Shown here: piece after piece, positions 7,745 to 15,829 of the stretch
Numbering within the stretch: position 1 is the first letter of the stretch
Layout: each line of letters begins with the position of its first letter
Source of the DNA: an uncultured Eubacteriales bacterium
Lineage (GTDB): Bacteria > Bacillota > Clostridia > TANB77 > RGIG9151
DNA length: 17,765 nucleotides
Reading direction: 5' to 3'
Assembly: GCA_964631135.1 (NCBI GenBank)
Contig: CAZVVZ010000012.1
Coordinates: 1 to 17,765, forward strand
The notes under the pieces: model-generated
Told to the model about the DNA's origin: nothing
What the model saw: only the letters and a program-made list of their open reading frames with translations
Databases searched by the model: none
Position numbers and translations under genes: made by a program

Positions 7745-10054
7745 TTAATTGTTACCGGTTGCTTGCATTTCTTCCCAATTTTCTTTACTGATTAAAACTT
7801 GTCTAGGCTTAGTACCGTCAAAGCCGCTAATTATCCCTCGTTCTTCCATCTGATCTATAATTCTCGCAGCTCTGGCATACCCTACCTTAAACCTTCTTTG
7901 AATTAAGGAAGTAGAAGCCTGTCCAATTTCAACAACCATATTTATAACATCATTTAACAGCGGATCATTATCTCCGGAAGACTCATCTGACTTAGAAGTC
8001 GCAGCTCCTCCATTCTGTATCTTTTCTAAAACATCCTCGTCATATTTAACCTCATTATTGGACTTTATAAATTCGACAATCTGCTCAACTTCTTTATCTG
8101 TAACGAAAGCTCCCTGTACTCTGGTAGGCTTAGAAGCTCCCATAGGGAAAAATAGCATATCGCCCTTGCCAAGTAGCTTCTCAGCTCCTGCCATATCCAA
8201 AATCGTACGTGAATCAACCTGAGAAGAAACTGCAAATGCAATTCTAGAAGGAACATTAGCCTTAATCAGTCCGGTAATAACATCAACCGACGGTCTTTGA
8301 GTTGCAATAACCAAATGCATTCCCGCAGCTCTTGCCATCTGAGCCAAACGACAAATAGCATCTTCGACATCATTAGGTGCAACCATCATCAAATCAGCAA
8401 GCTCATCTACAATAATTACAATATGAGGCATAGTACCATCTTCCCCACTAGCCTTTATAGCCTCATTATATCCTTTCATATCTCTTACACCTTTTTGAGC
8501 AAACAAATTATATCTGTTAACCATCTCACTAACTGCCCAATTTAGCGCACCTGCTGCCTTTTTAGGATCTGTTACAACAGGAATAAGTAAATGCGGAATA
8601 CCGTTATACACACCAAGTTCGACCACTTTAGGATCTATCATAATAAGTTTAACTTCATTAGGTTTAGCCCTATATAATAAACTTGTTATAATCGTATTTA
8701 TGCAAACACTCTTACCGGACCCCGTAGCACCTGCAATTAAAACATGCGGCATTTTAGCAATATCTGCGACCATAGTCTTCCCGGCAGTATCCTTACCAAG
8801 TCCAAAAGCTATCTTCGAAGAATGCTCCTTAAAAGCCGGAGTATCTAAAATTTCTCTTAAAAATACAGCATCAACAGACGTATTAGGAATTTCTATACCA
8901 ACAGCAGCCTTGCCCGGAATAGGAGCTTCCATACGAATGGAAGGTGCAGCTAAGTTCAGTGCAATATCATTAGTAAGACTTACGATTTTACTAACCTTTA
9001 CTCCTGCGCTTGGTGTAACTTCATACCTAGTTACCGCAGGTCCGCGACTCACATTCGTAACATCAGCCGAAACTCCGAAACTATTTAACGTATTTTGAAG
9101 TTTCTGTGCAGTAGCCGTAAGTTCTTTTTTATATTTATCTCCGCTTCCGCCCTTAGGCTTTTGCAAAATATCTATAGGCGGTAAAACATAATTATGAACC
9201 TCCGGCTCCGTTGCATCAATATTTATGGTAGGAATAGGAGTATTATCTGCTTCTTGCTTTGGCTTTTCAGGTATTTTTTCATTTATTTCCTTGTCCTCTG
9301 TCTTTAGCGGAACATTTTCATCAACTTTTCCGTTCTTTACCTCATTGATATCGATTTGATTAGCTAAATCAAACTTTTCAATAGGAATTTCATCCGGTAT
9401 TCCTTCAATTTTTAACTTCTGCTCACTCTTCTTATTATCCTTCTTTACGTTATCAGGCTCTTCATCATCGTCACCATCATCTTGGCTTCGCATTTCTTCA
9501 ATTTTATTTTTAATCCACAACAAAATTGTTGCCGGATGAATTTCTGTAAGAAGTAAGAATGAAACTATCGTCGCACAAATAAAAATTATATATGTCCCGA
9601 CTAAACCGAAAAAATTTATAAACGGTGCAACAAAAATACTTACTGCTCCGCCACCTGTAGGTCCTGCCTCAATAGCCCCCATCGTATATAAATGTTTTAG
9701 TAATTCCATAAAACTATAATCCGGTTGGTATAAAGTCTTCTCATTCAGTAAAAAGCATAAAAAAGATATACAAAGCATAAACATAACAGACAATCTAAAA
9801 AACTTTTTGCGCTTTTTAGAACTCTTTGTAATCATTTGTATTCCAAAAACAAATAAAAAGAAAGGAAAAACATATGTAACACTTCCAAGCAACCCAAAGA
9901 AGAAATCAATAATACCATTCCCCCATGAGCCTAAATGGCCTCGTGAAAAAACTCCATATGTCAAAAACAGCGATAAAAAGCATATTACAACTCCCGTAAT
10001 TTCCTGTTCAAAAGTTTTTTCCGTCTTTTTATTCTTTATCTTTCGTCGTCCCAT
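7745..10054 (-). CDS. ftsK: DNA translocase FtsK/SpoIIIE
   Basis: N-terminal multi-TM region, acidic/lysine-rich linker, and motor domain with Walker A GATGSGKS and Walker B VIIVDELADLM. The C-terminal gamma winged-helix reads ASTSLIQRRFKVGYARAARIIDQMEERGIIS. The track start at 10078 is a TTG. The ATG at 10054 has AGAAAGGA 9 nt upstream. Confidence 0.9.
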   Translation of the reverse strand: MGRRKIKNKKTEKTFEQEITGVVICFLSLFLTYGVFSRGHLGSWGNGIIDFFFGLLGSVTYVFPFFLFVFGIQMITKSSKKRKKFFRLSVMFMLCISFLCFLLNEKTLYQPDYSFMELLKHLYTMGAIEAGPTGGGAVSIFVAPFINFFGLVGTYIIFICATIVSFLLLTEIHPATILLWIKNKIEEMRSQDDGDDDEEPDNVKKDNKKSEQKLKIEGIPDEIPIEKFDLANQIDINEVKNGKVDENVPLKTEDKEINEKIPEKPKQEADNTPIPTINIDATEPEVHNYVLPPIDILQKPKGGSGDKYKKELTATAQKLQNTLNSFGVSADVTNVSRGPAVTRYEVTPSAGVKVSKIVSLTNDIALNLAAPSIRMEAPIPGKAAVGIEIPNTSVDAVFLREILDTPAFKEHSSKIAFGLGKDTAGKTMVADIAKMPHVLIAGATGSGKSVCINTIITSLLYRAKPNEVKLIMIDPKVVELGVYNGIPHLLIPVVTDPKKAAGALNWAVSEMVNRYNLFAQKGVRDMKGYNEAIKASGEDGTMPHIVIIVDELADLMMVAPNDVEDAICRLAQMARAAGMHLVIATQRPSVDVITGLIKANVPSRIAFAVSSQVDSRTILDMAGAEKLLGKGDMLFFPMGASKPTRVQGAFVTDKEVEQIVEFIKSNNEVKYDEDVLEKIQNGGAATSKSDESSGDNDPLLNDVINMVVEIGQASTSLIQRRFKVGYARAARIIDQMEERGIISGFDGTKPRQVLISKENWEEMQATGNN

Positions 10055-10101
10055 TATATTACATCCTTTCTGCCCCAAAAGTGACGGAGCTTTTTATGCT
10101 A

Positions 10102-10839
10102 CTACCTATTGCCTCTTTGTCTTGCAACCTCATATATAACCATTCCACAAGTAACAGAAGCATTTAATGAAGTAATCTTGCCTTTCATCGGAATTTTAGC
10201 AAGAAAGTCACATTTCTTGCGAGTTAAACTTGCCATTCCTTCACCTTCACTCCCTATAACAACAGCTATAGGATCCTTCATGTCAATATCGGTTAAAAAA
10301 TCCTTGCCTAATGCATCAGTTCCAACAATCCAAACACCTTTTTCTTTTAACTCCTCTATACTATCGTTAATGTTATTAACTCTTGCAACTTTCATATATT
10401 CTAAAGCTCCGGCTGCAACCTTTGCGACAGTATTAGTAACTGCAACAGCTCTACGTTTTGGAATGATAATTCCGTGAACACCCATACATTCCGCAGTTCT
10501 TATCATAGCTCCTAAATTATGTGGATCCTCTATTCCGTCAGCAATTATAATAAACGGTGGCTCATTTCTCTCCTTTGCCACTTCTAATATATCGTCAATT
10601 TCACAGTATTTATAATGACTAGTAGCAGCAACTACTCCCTGATGATTCTGATTATTCGTCATCTCATCAAGCTTAGCCTTTTGTACCTCACTAATAACAA
10701 TCTTTTTCTTTCTGGCCAAATCAATTATTTTTCCCATAGAGCCGTGTGCCTCGCCCTTTTGAATAAATAATTTATTTATCGTTCTCTCTGAATTAAGTAC
10801 CTCTATAACCGAATTTCTTCCAAAAACCAAATCATCCAT
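10102..10839 (-). CDS. rlmB: 23S rRNA (guanosine-2'-O)-methyltransferase, SpoU/TrmH family (RlmB/YacO-like)
   Basis: The N-terminal SpoU substrate-binding region reads FGRNSVIEVLNS...INKLFIQKG. The SpoU methylase motifs are DGIEDPHNLGAMIRTAECMGVHGIII, VVIGSEGEGM and SLNASVTCGMVIYE. A GGAGGT RBS precedes the start. The gene lies 15 nt after lepA. Confidence 0.8.
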   Translation of the reverse strand: MDDLVFGRNSVIEVLNSERTINKLFIQKGEAHGSMGKIIDLARKKKIVISEVQKAKLDEMTNNQNHQGVVAATSHYKYCEIDDILEVAKERNEPPFIIIADGIEDPHNLGAMIRTAECMGVHGIIIPKRRAVAVTNTVAKVAAGALEYMKVARVNNINDSIEELKEKGVWIVGTDALGKDFLTDIDMKDPIAVVIGSEGEGMASLTRKKCDFLAKIPMKGKITSLNASVTCGMVIYEVARQRGNR

Positions 10840-10854
10840 ACTTTTACCTCCGAA

Positions 10855-12660
10855 TTAGTTATCGTCCAATTTTAGAATTGACATAAATGCTTCTTGAGGA
10901 ATTTCAACAGATCCTACCTGTCTCATTCTCTTTTTACCCTCTTTTTGCTTTTCAAGTAACTTCCTCTTTCTTGAAATATCTCCGCCATAGCACTTAGCTA
11001 AAACATCTTTTCTCATAGCACTAATAGTTTCTCTTGCTATAATTTTACCACCAATTGCAGCCTGAATCGGCACTTCAAAAAGCTGTCTCGGAATAACTTC
11101 CTTTAGCTTTTCCGCAATTTTTCTTCCTCTGGTATATGCCTTATCCTCATGAACAATAAAAGAAAGTGCATCAACTACTTCATTATTCAGTAAAATATCC
11201 AGTTTAACAAGTTTAGACTGCTTATAGCCTATTAGCTCGTAATCGAACGATGCATATCCCCTTGTCCGAGACTTTAATGCATCAAAGAAATCATAAATAA
11301 TCTCATTTAACGGCAATTCATATATTAAAGTTACTCTGTTATCATCTAAATACTGCATATTCATATATGTTCCACGTCTATCCTGACATAAATCCATTAT
11401 ATTGCCTACGAACTCCTTAGGAAGCATAATAGATGCCCTTACAATAGGCTCTTCCATAAAATCAACTTCTTGGGGAGGCGGTAAATTTGTAGGGTTAGAA
11501 ACCATAATTACTTCTCCGTCAGTCTTTGTAATTCTATAAATAACACTAGGAGCTGTAGTTATAAGATTTAAGTTGTACTCTCTTTCCAGCCTCTCTTGGA
11601 TTATCTCTAAATGTAAAAGTCCTAAAAAACCGCATCTAAATCCAAAACCCAATGCAATAGAAGTCTCAGGCTCAAAAAGTAAAGAAGCATCATTTAACTG
11701 CAACTTTTCTAAAGCCATCTTTAAATTCTCATAATCTGCTCCATCAACAGGGTACACTCCACAGAACACCATAGGTACAGCTTTCTTGTAACCTTCTAAA
11801 GGCTCGCTGGTCCTATTTTCAGCATTAGTTATAGTATCTCCGACTCTGGTATCCGAAACATTTTTCACACTAGCCGCAATATATCCAACCTGACCTGCTT
11901 GTAAACATTCCGACGGAATATAATTACCCGGTCTGAAATATCCAACTTCAGTAACCGTAAAAATTTTCCCTGTGGACATCATTAAAATAGTATCTCCGGC
12001 CTTTACGTTTCCTTCCATCAGACGTACATACGAAATTGCCCCTTTATAATTATCATAAAAAGAGTCAAAGATTAAAGCCTTTAATGGCTTATTTATATCC
12101 CCTTTTGGTGCCGGAACTTTATTTACAATTTCCTCTAGCACCTCTTCAACATTAAGACCTGACTTAGCAGAAATACGAGGCGCATCCATAGCTTCCAACC
12201 CTATAACGTCCTCTATCTCCTTTGCAACCTCATCAGGCCTTGCATTAGGTAAATCAACTTTATTTATAACCGGCAAAATTTCCAGATCATGTTCCAAAGC
12301 CAAATAAGTATTAGCCAAAGTTTGAGCTTCAACCCCTTGTGATGCATCAACAACTAAAATAGCACCTTCACAAGCGGCTAAGCTTCTTGATACCTCATAA
12401 TTAAAGTCAACATGGCCCGGAGTATCTATTAAATTAAGCTCGTAAGTATTGCCATCCTTTGCCTTATATAGCATCCTAACAGCCTGAGCTTTTATTGTAA
12501 TACCCCGCTCCCTCTCTATATCCATATTATCTAAAACTTGGGCTTCCATCTCCCTTTCAGACAGCACCCCGGTTAGCTCTAACATTCTATCCGCCAAAGT
12601 AGATTTACCGTGATCAATATGCGCAATAATACTAAAATTTCTAATCTTATCCTGCTCCAT
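10855..12660 (-). CDS. lepA: Elongation factor 4 (LepA)
   Basis: [23 protein letters not shown]...DTPGHVDF...NKVDL are the GTPase motifs, and the LepA-specific C-terminal domain is present (...[21 protein letters not shown]). The track start at 12675 is a TTG. The ATG at 12660 follows GAGGAGAGTTTTT. Confidence 0.95.
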   Translation of the reverse strand: MEQDKIRNFSIIAHIDHGKSTLADRMLELTGVLSEREMEAQVLDNMDIERERGITIKAQAVRMLYKAKDGNTYELNLIDTPGHVDFNYEVSRSLAACEGAILVVDASQGVEAQTLANTYLALEHDLEILPVINKVDLPNARPDEVAKEIEDVIGLEAMDAPRISAKSGLNVEEVLEEIVNKVPAPKGDINKPLKALIFDSFYDNYKGAISYVRLMEGNVKAGDTILMMSTGKIFTVTEVGYFRPGNYIPSECLQAGQVGYIAASVKNVSDTRVGDTITNAENRTSEPLEGYKKAVPMVFCGVYPVDGADYENLKMALEKLQLNDASLLFEPETSIALGFGFRCGFLGLLHLEIIQERLEREYNLNLITTAPSVIYRITKTDGEVIMVSNPTNLPPPQEVDFMEEPIVRASIMLPKEFVGNIMDLCQDRRGTYMNMQYLDDNRVTLIYELPLNEIIYDFFDALKSRTRGYASFDYELIGYKQSKLVKLDILLNNEVVDALSFIVHEDKAYTRGRKIAEKLKEVIPRQLFEVPIQAAIGGKIIARETISAMRKDVLAKCYGGDISRKRKLLEKQKEGKKRMRQVGSVEIPQEAFMSILKLDDN

Positions 12661-12691
12661 AAAAACTCTCCTCAACCATTTTTTACTACAT

Positions 12692-12721
12692 ATTTTATCA
12701 TATTTTTATAAAGTTTAACAA
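12692..12721 (-). promoter_or_regulatory. Candidate sigma-A promoter for lepA (extended -10)
   Basis: The minus strand reads TTGTTA (12716-12721), an 18-nt spacer, then TAAAAT (12692-12697), preceded by TGA (TGATAAAAT). Confidence 0.4.
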
Positions 12722-12758
12722 TAGTCTAACCGTAAAAACTCCTTAAACCGCTTACCGC

Positions 12759-12905
12759 TCAGACTATTATTATATGAAAATAGTATATATGTTTTATCTG
12801 GACTCAGGATTTGCAACGAAAGACTTTAAAAAATACGGAAAGTCTTTCTGCAAATATTCGTTCCTTTTAAAGCATATATACTATTTTCATATAATAATAG
12901 TCTGA
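12759..12905 (+). repeat. Best-preserved copy (c) of the palindromic intergenic element (147 nt)
   Basis: Perfect 33-bp terminal inverted repeats: TCAGACTATTATTATATGAAAATAGTATATATG (12759-12791) and its exact reverse complement (12873-12905). The inner arms pair as TTTA/TAAA, GGA/TCC and TTTGCA/TGCAAA, with an AC bulge. The 10-bp apical stem GAAAGACTTT (12818-12827) / AAAGTCTTTC (12839-12848) encloses the loop AAAAAATACGG. Confidence 0.9.
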
Positions 12906-12973
12906 CTAATAATCTTAAACCCATTACCGACTAGTCCACTACATGCAATAATAATTATATAATTCCCCTTTAA

Positions 12974-13393
12974 CTATCTGTTAAATCTGACCCTAATTTC
13001 ATTCTCACCAATAGGCTTATCATCAACATCCATAGCATATGTTATACTTATCTCTCCATAATTCTGCTCCAAAACAGTATCAACATAGCTGGCAAAAACA
13101 CCTATCGAAAAAGCCCCATCTTTAGTATCGTAGTAAGAAAGATGCCTTTTCCCTTCTTCAAATATTAAATTAGAATTAACTGTACCGCTTCTCATAAGAG
13201 AAACAACTCCATCGTTTGAAACCGTTATCTCAGTAGTAGTCCCTTCCATTCCTGTAAGTTCACTCTCTTCATACTTTAAAGTATACGACTCATTTGAAAC
13301 ATTCAGTTCTCCGGCAGTAGTAAGTTCAACATTGTTCGTATCACCATTACCGAAATTCTGAGTTCCATCTATACTTATCATTATTTTTTCCAT
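12974..13393 (-). CDS. DUF1934 (YwiB-like) beta-barrel protein
   Basis: Size and sequence pattern (MEKIMISIDGTQ...VELTTAGEL...YTLKYEESE...TTTEITV...VVSLMRSG...LIFEEGKRH...YDT..G...IGVFA...) resemble the YwiB/DUF1934 family. The ATG at 13393 follows GGGGGTAATTTTC. The upstream ATG at 13435 sits at the predicted transcription start. Confidence 0.65.
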   Translation of the reverse strand: MEKIMISIDGTQNFGNGDTNNVELTTAGELNVSNESYTLKYEESELTGMEGTTTEITVSNDGVVSLMRSGTVNSNLIFEEGKRHLSYYDTKDGAFSIGVFASYVDTVLEQNYGEISITYAMDVDDKPIGENEIRVRFNR

Positions 13394-13442
13394 GAAAATT
13401 ACCCCCATATTGTTTTGCCGCGAAGCGACATCCATCTTTTTT

Positions 13443-13472
13443 ACTATACCAAAATCGCACCGTCGCTGTCAA
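13443..13472 (-). promoter_or_regulatory. Sigma-A promoter for the DUF1934 gene
   Basis: The minus strand reads TTGACA (13467-13472), an 18-nt spacer, then TATAGT (13443-13448), with TGG giving an extended -10 (TGGTATAGT). Confidence 0.5.
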
Positions 13473-13516
13473 TATTACAATATCTGTAAATACTTTCATT
13501 ATTTAATATTTATTTG

Positions 13517-13546
13517 AAAAAAAATAAAGGCGATCTATAAATCGCC
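13517..13546 (-). terminator. Rho-independent terminator after flgM
   Basis: The minus strand reads GGCGAT-TTATAG-ATCGCC followed by TTTATTTTTTTT. It lies about 15 nt after the flgM stop. Confidence 0.65.
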
Positions 13547-13560
13547 CCCTAATTTTTTAA

Positions 13561-13830
13561 TTATTCACCTAAAATCTTAGCTGCAATATCCTCTCCGGAT
13601 ACGTTATATTCGCCATTCTCAATCCTTGCCGAAAGTTCGTTAACTCTATCCATTCTAACATCCGGCACATCTTTCAAGGCATTCATAGCAACTGTGTAGT
13701 CTTTACCTACACTTGAAATTTTAACGTCATCCTTTGCAGGACTAATTTTATTTGTATTCTCTACGCGAGATATCTTTTTTTCATTTGTATAAACTCCTGT
13801 AACACTTCCTACATTCCCTGTAATTTTCAT
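13561..13830 (-). CDS. flgM: Anti-sigma-28 factor FlgM
   Basis: 89 aa. The C-terminus RMDRVNELSARIENGEYNVSGEDIAAKILGE matches the FlgM signature (KV..LK.AI..G.Y.VD...IA.K.L). The ATG at 13830 follows AAGAGGTGCTTTTT. The track start at 13890 is a TTG inside the promoter. Synteny with comFC matches the B. subtilis comF-yvyF-flgM region. Confidence 0.8.
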   Translation of the reverse strand: MKITGNVGSVTGVYTNEKKISRVENTNKISPAKDDVKISSVGKDYTVAMNALKDVPDVRMDRVNELSARIENGEYNVSGEDIAAKILGE

Positions 13831-13878
13831 AAAAAGCACCTCTTTCAATCTAGTTATCTTTTTGCCCTTGTGATTATT

Positions 13879-13905
13879 ATATCGGCACAAACTTAAAAAA
13901 CTTAA
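13879..13905 (-). promoter_or_regulatory. Sigma-D / sigma-28 (FliA)-type promoter upstream of flgM
   Basis: The minus strand reads TTAAG-N14/15-GCCGATAT. The GCCGATAT at 13879-13886 is an exact match to the sigma-D -10 consensus. The -35 is TTAA/TAAG against the TAAA consensus. Confidence 0.55.
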
Positions 13906-13964
13906 CAGCTTTTATAAAAGTTTTCGCATTTTTCAAACATTATATACTCCGCAGTATACTTAGC

Positions 13965-14666
13965 TTATTTCAATGTGTGACTTATGCAAATCACAGCAAC
14001 TTTTATATTTTTTGCTCCTGAATTTTTTAATACTCTGCAGCACTCATTCGCAGTAGAGCCGGTAGCAAAAATATCATCTATCAGTAAAATACTCTTATCA
14101 CATACATTACTATTATCGGCAATCTCAAAGACATTTTTTACACTCTTTAATCTGTCTTTAAAATTTTGCATACTCTGCCGTTCACTATTTCTTGTTTTAA
14201 GTAGTATATCGGCACTATACGGTTTATCTACCATCGCAGCCAATTTCTTAGCAATAATACCTGCTTGATTATACCCTCTTTCTTTATACCTCTCGCGACT
14301 TATCGGTACAGGAATTATTAAATCAAAATCTTCTTCTTTAATATGCTCATATATCAGCTCTGTGAAGAAATGATAATAATATTTCTTATCGGAGAATTTA
14401 TATAAATGTATTTTCTGTTTAAACTCTTCCGTATATTCACTGCAAAAAATCAGCTTATCGTAATATATCTTTTTCTTTTTACATTCAGAGCACACGTCAC
14501 TATAAGATATTTTACCACAAAAACTACATCTGTTTGTATACTTTTGTGTCGACAAATAATGACATTTGTTGCAAATAAAATGCTGTGTCATCGTTATCTC
14601 TCCACAAAATCCACATTTCGGCGGGAAAATCAAATTCAAAAATTTATCAAAAAAAAATTTATCCAT
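13965..14666 (-). CDS. comFC: ComF family protein (ComFC-like phosphoribosyltransferase-fold competence protein)
   Basis: The N-terminal zinc-finger-like cysteine pairs are CGFCG...CNKCH...CSFCG...CSECKK. The PRT-type motif is ILLIDDIFATGSTANEC, and RGYNQAGIIAK is also present. The ATG at 14666 follows GGAGGTACGA. The upstream ATG at 14696 lies within the predicted promoter spacer. Confidence 0.8.
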   Translation of the reverse strand: MDKFFFDKFLNLIFPPKCGFCGEITMTQHFICNKCHYLSTQKYTNRCSFCGKISYSDVCSECKKKKIYYDKLIFCSEYTEEFKQKIHLYKFSDKKYYYHFFTELIYEHIKEEDFDLIIPVPISRERYKERGYNQAGIIAKKLAAMVDKPYSADILLKTRNSERQSMQNFKDRLKSVKNVFEIADNSNVCDKSILLIDDIFATGSTANECCRVLKNSGAKNIKVAVICISHTLK

Positions 14667-14686
14667 TCGTACCTCCGAACGGATAA

Positions 14687-14715
14687 ATTTTATCATATTT
14701 TACAATATTTGTCAA
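14687..14715 (-). promoter_or_regulatory. Sigma-A promoter for comFC, immediately after the fba stop codon
   Basis: The minus strand reads TTGACA (14710-14715), a 17-nt spacer, then TAAAAT (14687-14692), preceded by TGA (extended -10). Confidence 0.5.
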
Positions 14716-15642
14716 CTATGCCTTACCTGAACAGCCAAGAACATCTCTCATCTTATGCCTTACCATATCCTTAATTGCGGCTCTTGCAGGGGATAAATAT
14801 TCCCTAGGATCGAACTTGTCAGGATGCTCAACAAAGAATTTCCTTATTGAAGCTGTCATTGCAAGACGTAAGTCTGTATCTATGTTTATCTTGCAAACAC
14901 CCATTGTTCCTGCCTTATGAAGCATATCTTCCGGAACTCCTTGTGCTCCCGGAAGCTGTCCGCCAAATTCATTGCATTGCTTTACAAACTCCGGCATAAC
15001 AGTTGAAGCACCATGCAAAACAATCGGAACTTCAGGAATTAACTTTGTTACCTCTTCTAATATATCAAACCTAAGCTTTGGCTCACCTTTGAATTTATAA
15101 GCTCCATGACTCGTCCCGATAGCGATAGCAAGTGAATCACAACCTGTTTTATGGACAAACTCAGCAGCCTGTTCAGGATCGGTAAATGCTGCATCTGCCT
15201 GAGATACAACCACCGCATCTTCAATTCCGGCAAGCTTTCCAAGCTCAGCCTCAACTACAACTCCTCTTTCATGAGCATAATCCACAACTTTTTTTGTAAG
15301 CTCTACATTCTCGTCAAATGAATATTTTGAGCCATCTATCATAACCGATGTAAAGCCACCGTCAATGCAAGCTTTACAAATTTCAAAATCCGCACCATGG
15401 TCAAGATGTACTGCAATAGGAACTCCTGTATCCTCTACTGCTGCTTCAATTAACTTCATTAAATATACATGCTTTGCATATTTTCTCGCACCAGCAGAAA
15501 CTTGAAGTATAACAGGTGCATTTTCTTCCATGGCAGCCTCTGTAATACCTTGTACAATTTCCATGTTATTTACATTAAATGCTCCTACAGCATATTTCCC
15601 ATATGCTTTTTTAAACATTTCTTTTGTTGTTACTAATGGCAT
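14716..15642 (-). CDS. fba: Class II fructose-1,6-bisphosphate aldolase
   Basis: MPLVTTKEMFKKAY...GAFNVNNMEIVQGI...PVILQVS.GARKY...HLDHG...GFTSVMIDGS...EAELG...AIAIGTSHGAYKF...LVLHGAS is the canonical FbaA class II motif set. An AAGGAGG RBS lies 7 nt upstream. Confidence 0.95.
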   Translation of the reverse strand: MPLVTTKEMFKKAYGKYAVGAFNVNNMEIVQGITEAAMEENAPVILQVSAGARKYAKHVYLMKLIEAAVEDTGVPIAVHLDHGADFEICKACIDGGFTSVMIDGSKYSFDENVELTKKVVDYAHERGVVVEAELGKLAGIEDAVVVSQADAAFTDPEQAAEFVHKTGCDSLAIAIGTSHGAYKFKGEPKLRFDILEEVTKLIPEVPIVLHGASTVMPEFVKQCNEFGGQLPGAQGVPEDMLHKAGTMGVCKINIDTDLRLAMTASIRKFFVEHPDKFDPREYLSPARAAIKDMVRHKMRDVLGCSGKA

Positions 15643-15675
15643 AATAATTCCTCCTTATTTACTTTTTTCATTGTT

Positions 15676-15704
15676 ATTATATACATTTAAAATAAGGATA
15701 TCAA
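15676..15704 (-). promoter_or_regulatory. Sigma-A promoter for fba
   Basis: The minus strand reads TTGATA (15699-15704), a 17-nt spacer, then TATAAT (15676-15681). Confidence 0.5.
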
Positions 15705-15740
15705 GCAAAATATAAACTTTAAGTTGCCAATGAGTTACTG

Positions 15741-15767
15741 CTCAGGCTTCTGATATATAGTAGCCAC
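15741..15767. repeat. Solo end fragment (e) of the palindromic element family
   Basis: CAGGCT (15743-15748) and ATAGTAGCCAC (15757-15767) are exact matches to 74-79 and 82-92 at the outer end of copy a. They are on the same strand and differ only in the spacer (8 nt versus 2 nt). Confidence 0.5.
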
Positions 15768-15782
15768 CACTCAACCCTATTA

Positions 15783-15822
15783 CTAAAATAAAAACTTACG
15801 AACAGTCAAGTCCGTAAGTTTT
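15783..15822 (-). terminator. Rho-independent terminator after tRNA-Gly
   Basis: The minus strand reads AAAACTTACG-GACTTGACTGTT-CGTAAGTTTT followed by TATTTTAG. The stem is 10 bp (15791-15800 / 15813-15822). Confidence 0.65.
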
Positions 15823-15829
15823 ATTCAAA

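Noticed and set aside
8065-8256. Same-strand alternative-frame ORFs inside ftsK (8065-8256) and fba (15057-15254).
   Set aside because: They are embedded out of frame in strongly supported conserved genes, and there is no independent start signal.
10054-10078. N-terminal extensions proposed by the ORF track for ftsK, lepA (12661-12675), folA (6119-6139), flgM (13831-13890), the orphan ORF (7657-7719) and the first SLH gene (1542-1553).
   Set aside because: The extended starts are TTG or GTG codons with no usable RBS, and several lie inside predicted promoters. Downstream ATGs have canonical GGAGG-type sites and give N-termini that match the protein families.
12774-12905. A 43-codon ORF (MKIVYMFYLDSGFATKDFKKYGKSFCKYSFLLKHIYYFHIIIV*) runs through the whole of element copy c and ends exactly at the terminal TGA. 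Copy a retains the frame from the internal ATG (MFYRNSGFATKDFKKYG...).
   Set aside because: There is no Shine-Dalgarno sequence before either ATG. In copy b the equivalent frames stop after 14 and 5 codons. Differences between copies a and c are 2 non-synonymous to 1 synonymous. The peptide composition simply mirrors an AT-rich palindrome. I would reconsider if ribosome profiling or a larger alignment showed frame conservation.
12759-12905. Whether the element acts as an intrinsic transcription terminator for the DUF1934 gene, or as a leader or riboswitch for lepA.
   Set aside because: No U-tract follows the stem on either strand. The element is antisense to both neighbours, and the predicted lepA promoter (12692-12721) lies downstream of it. 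No T-box or known riboswitch consensus is visible.
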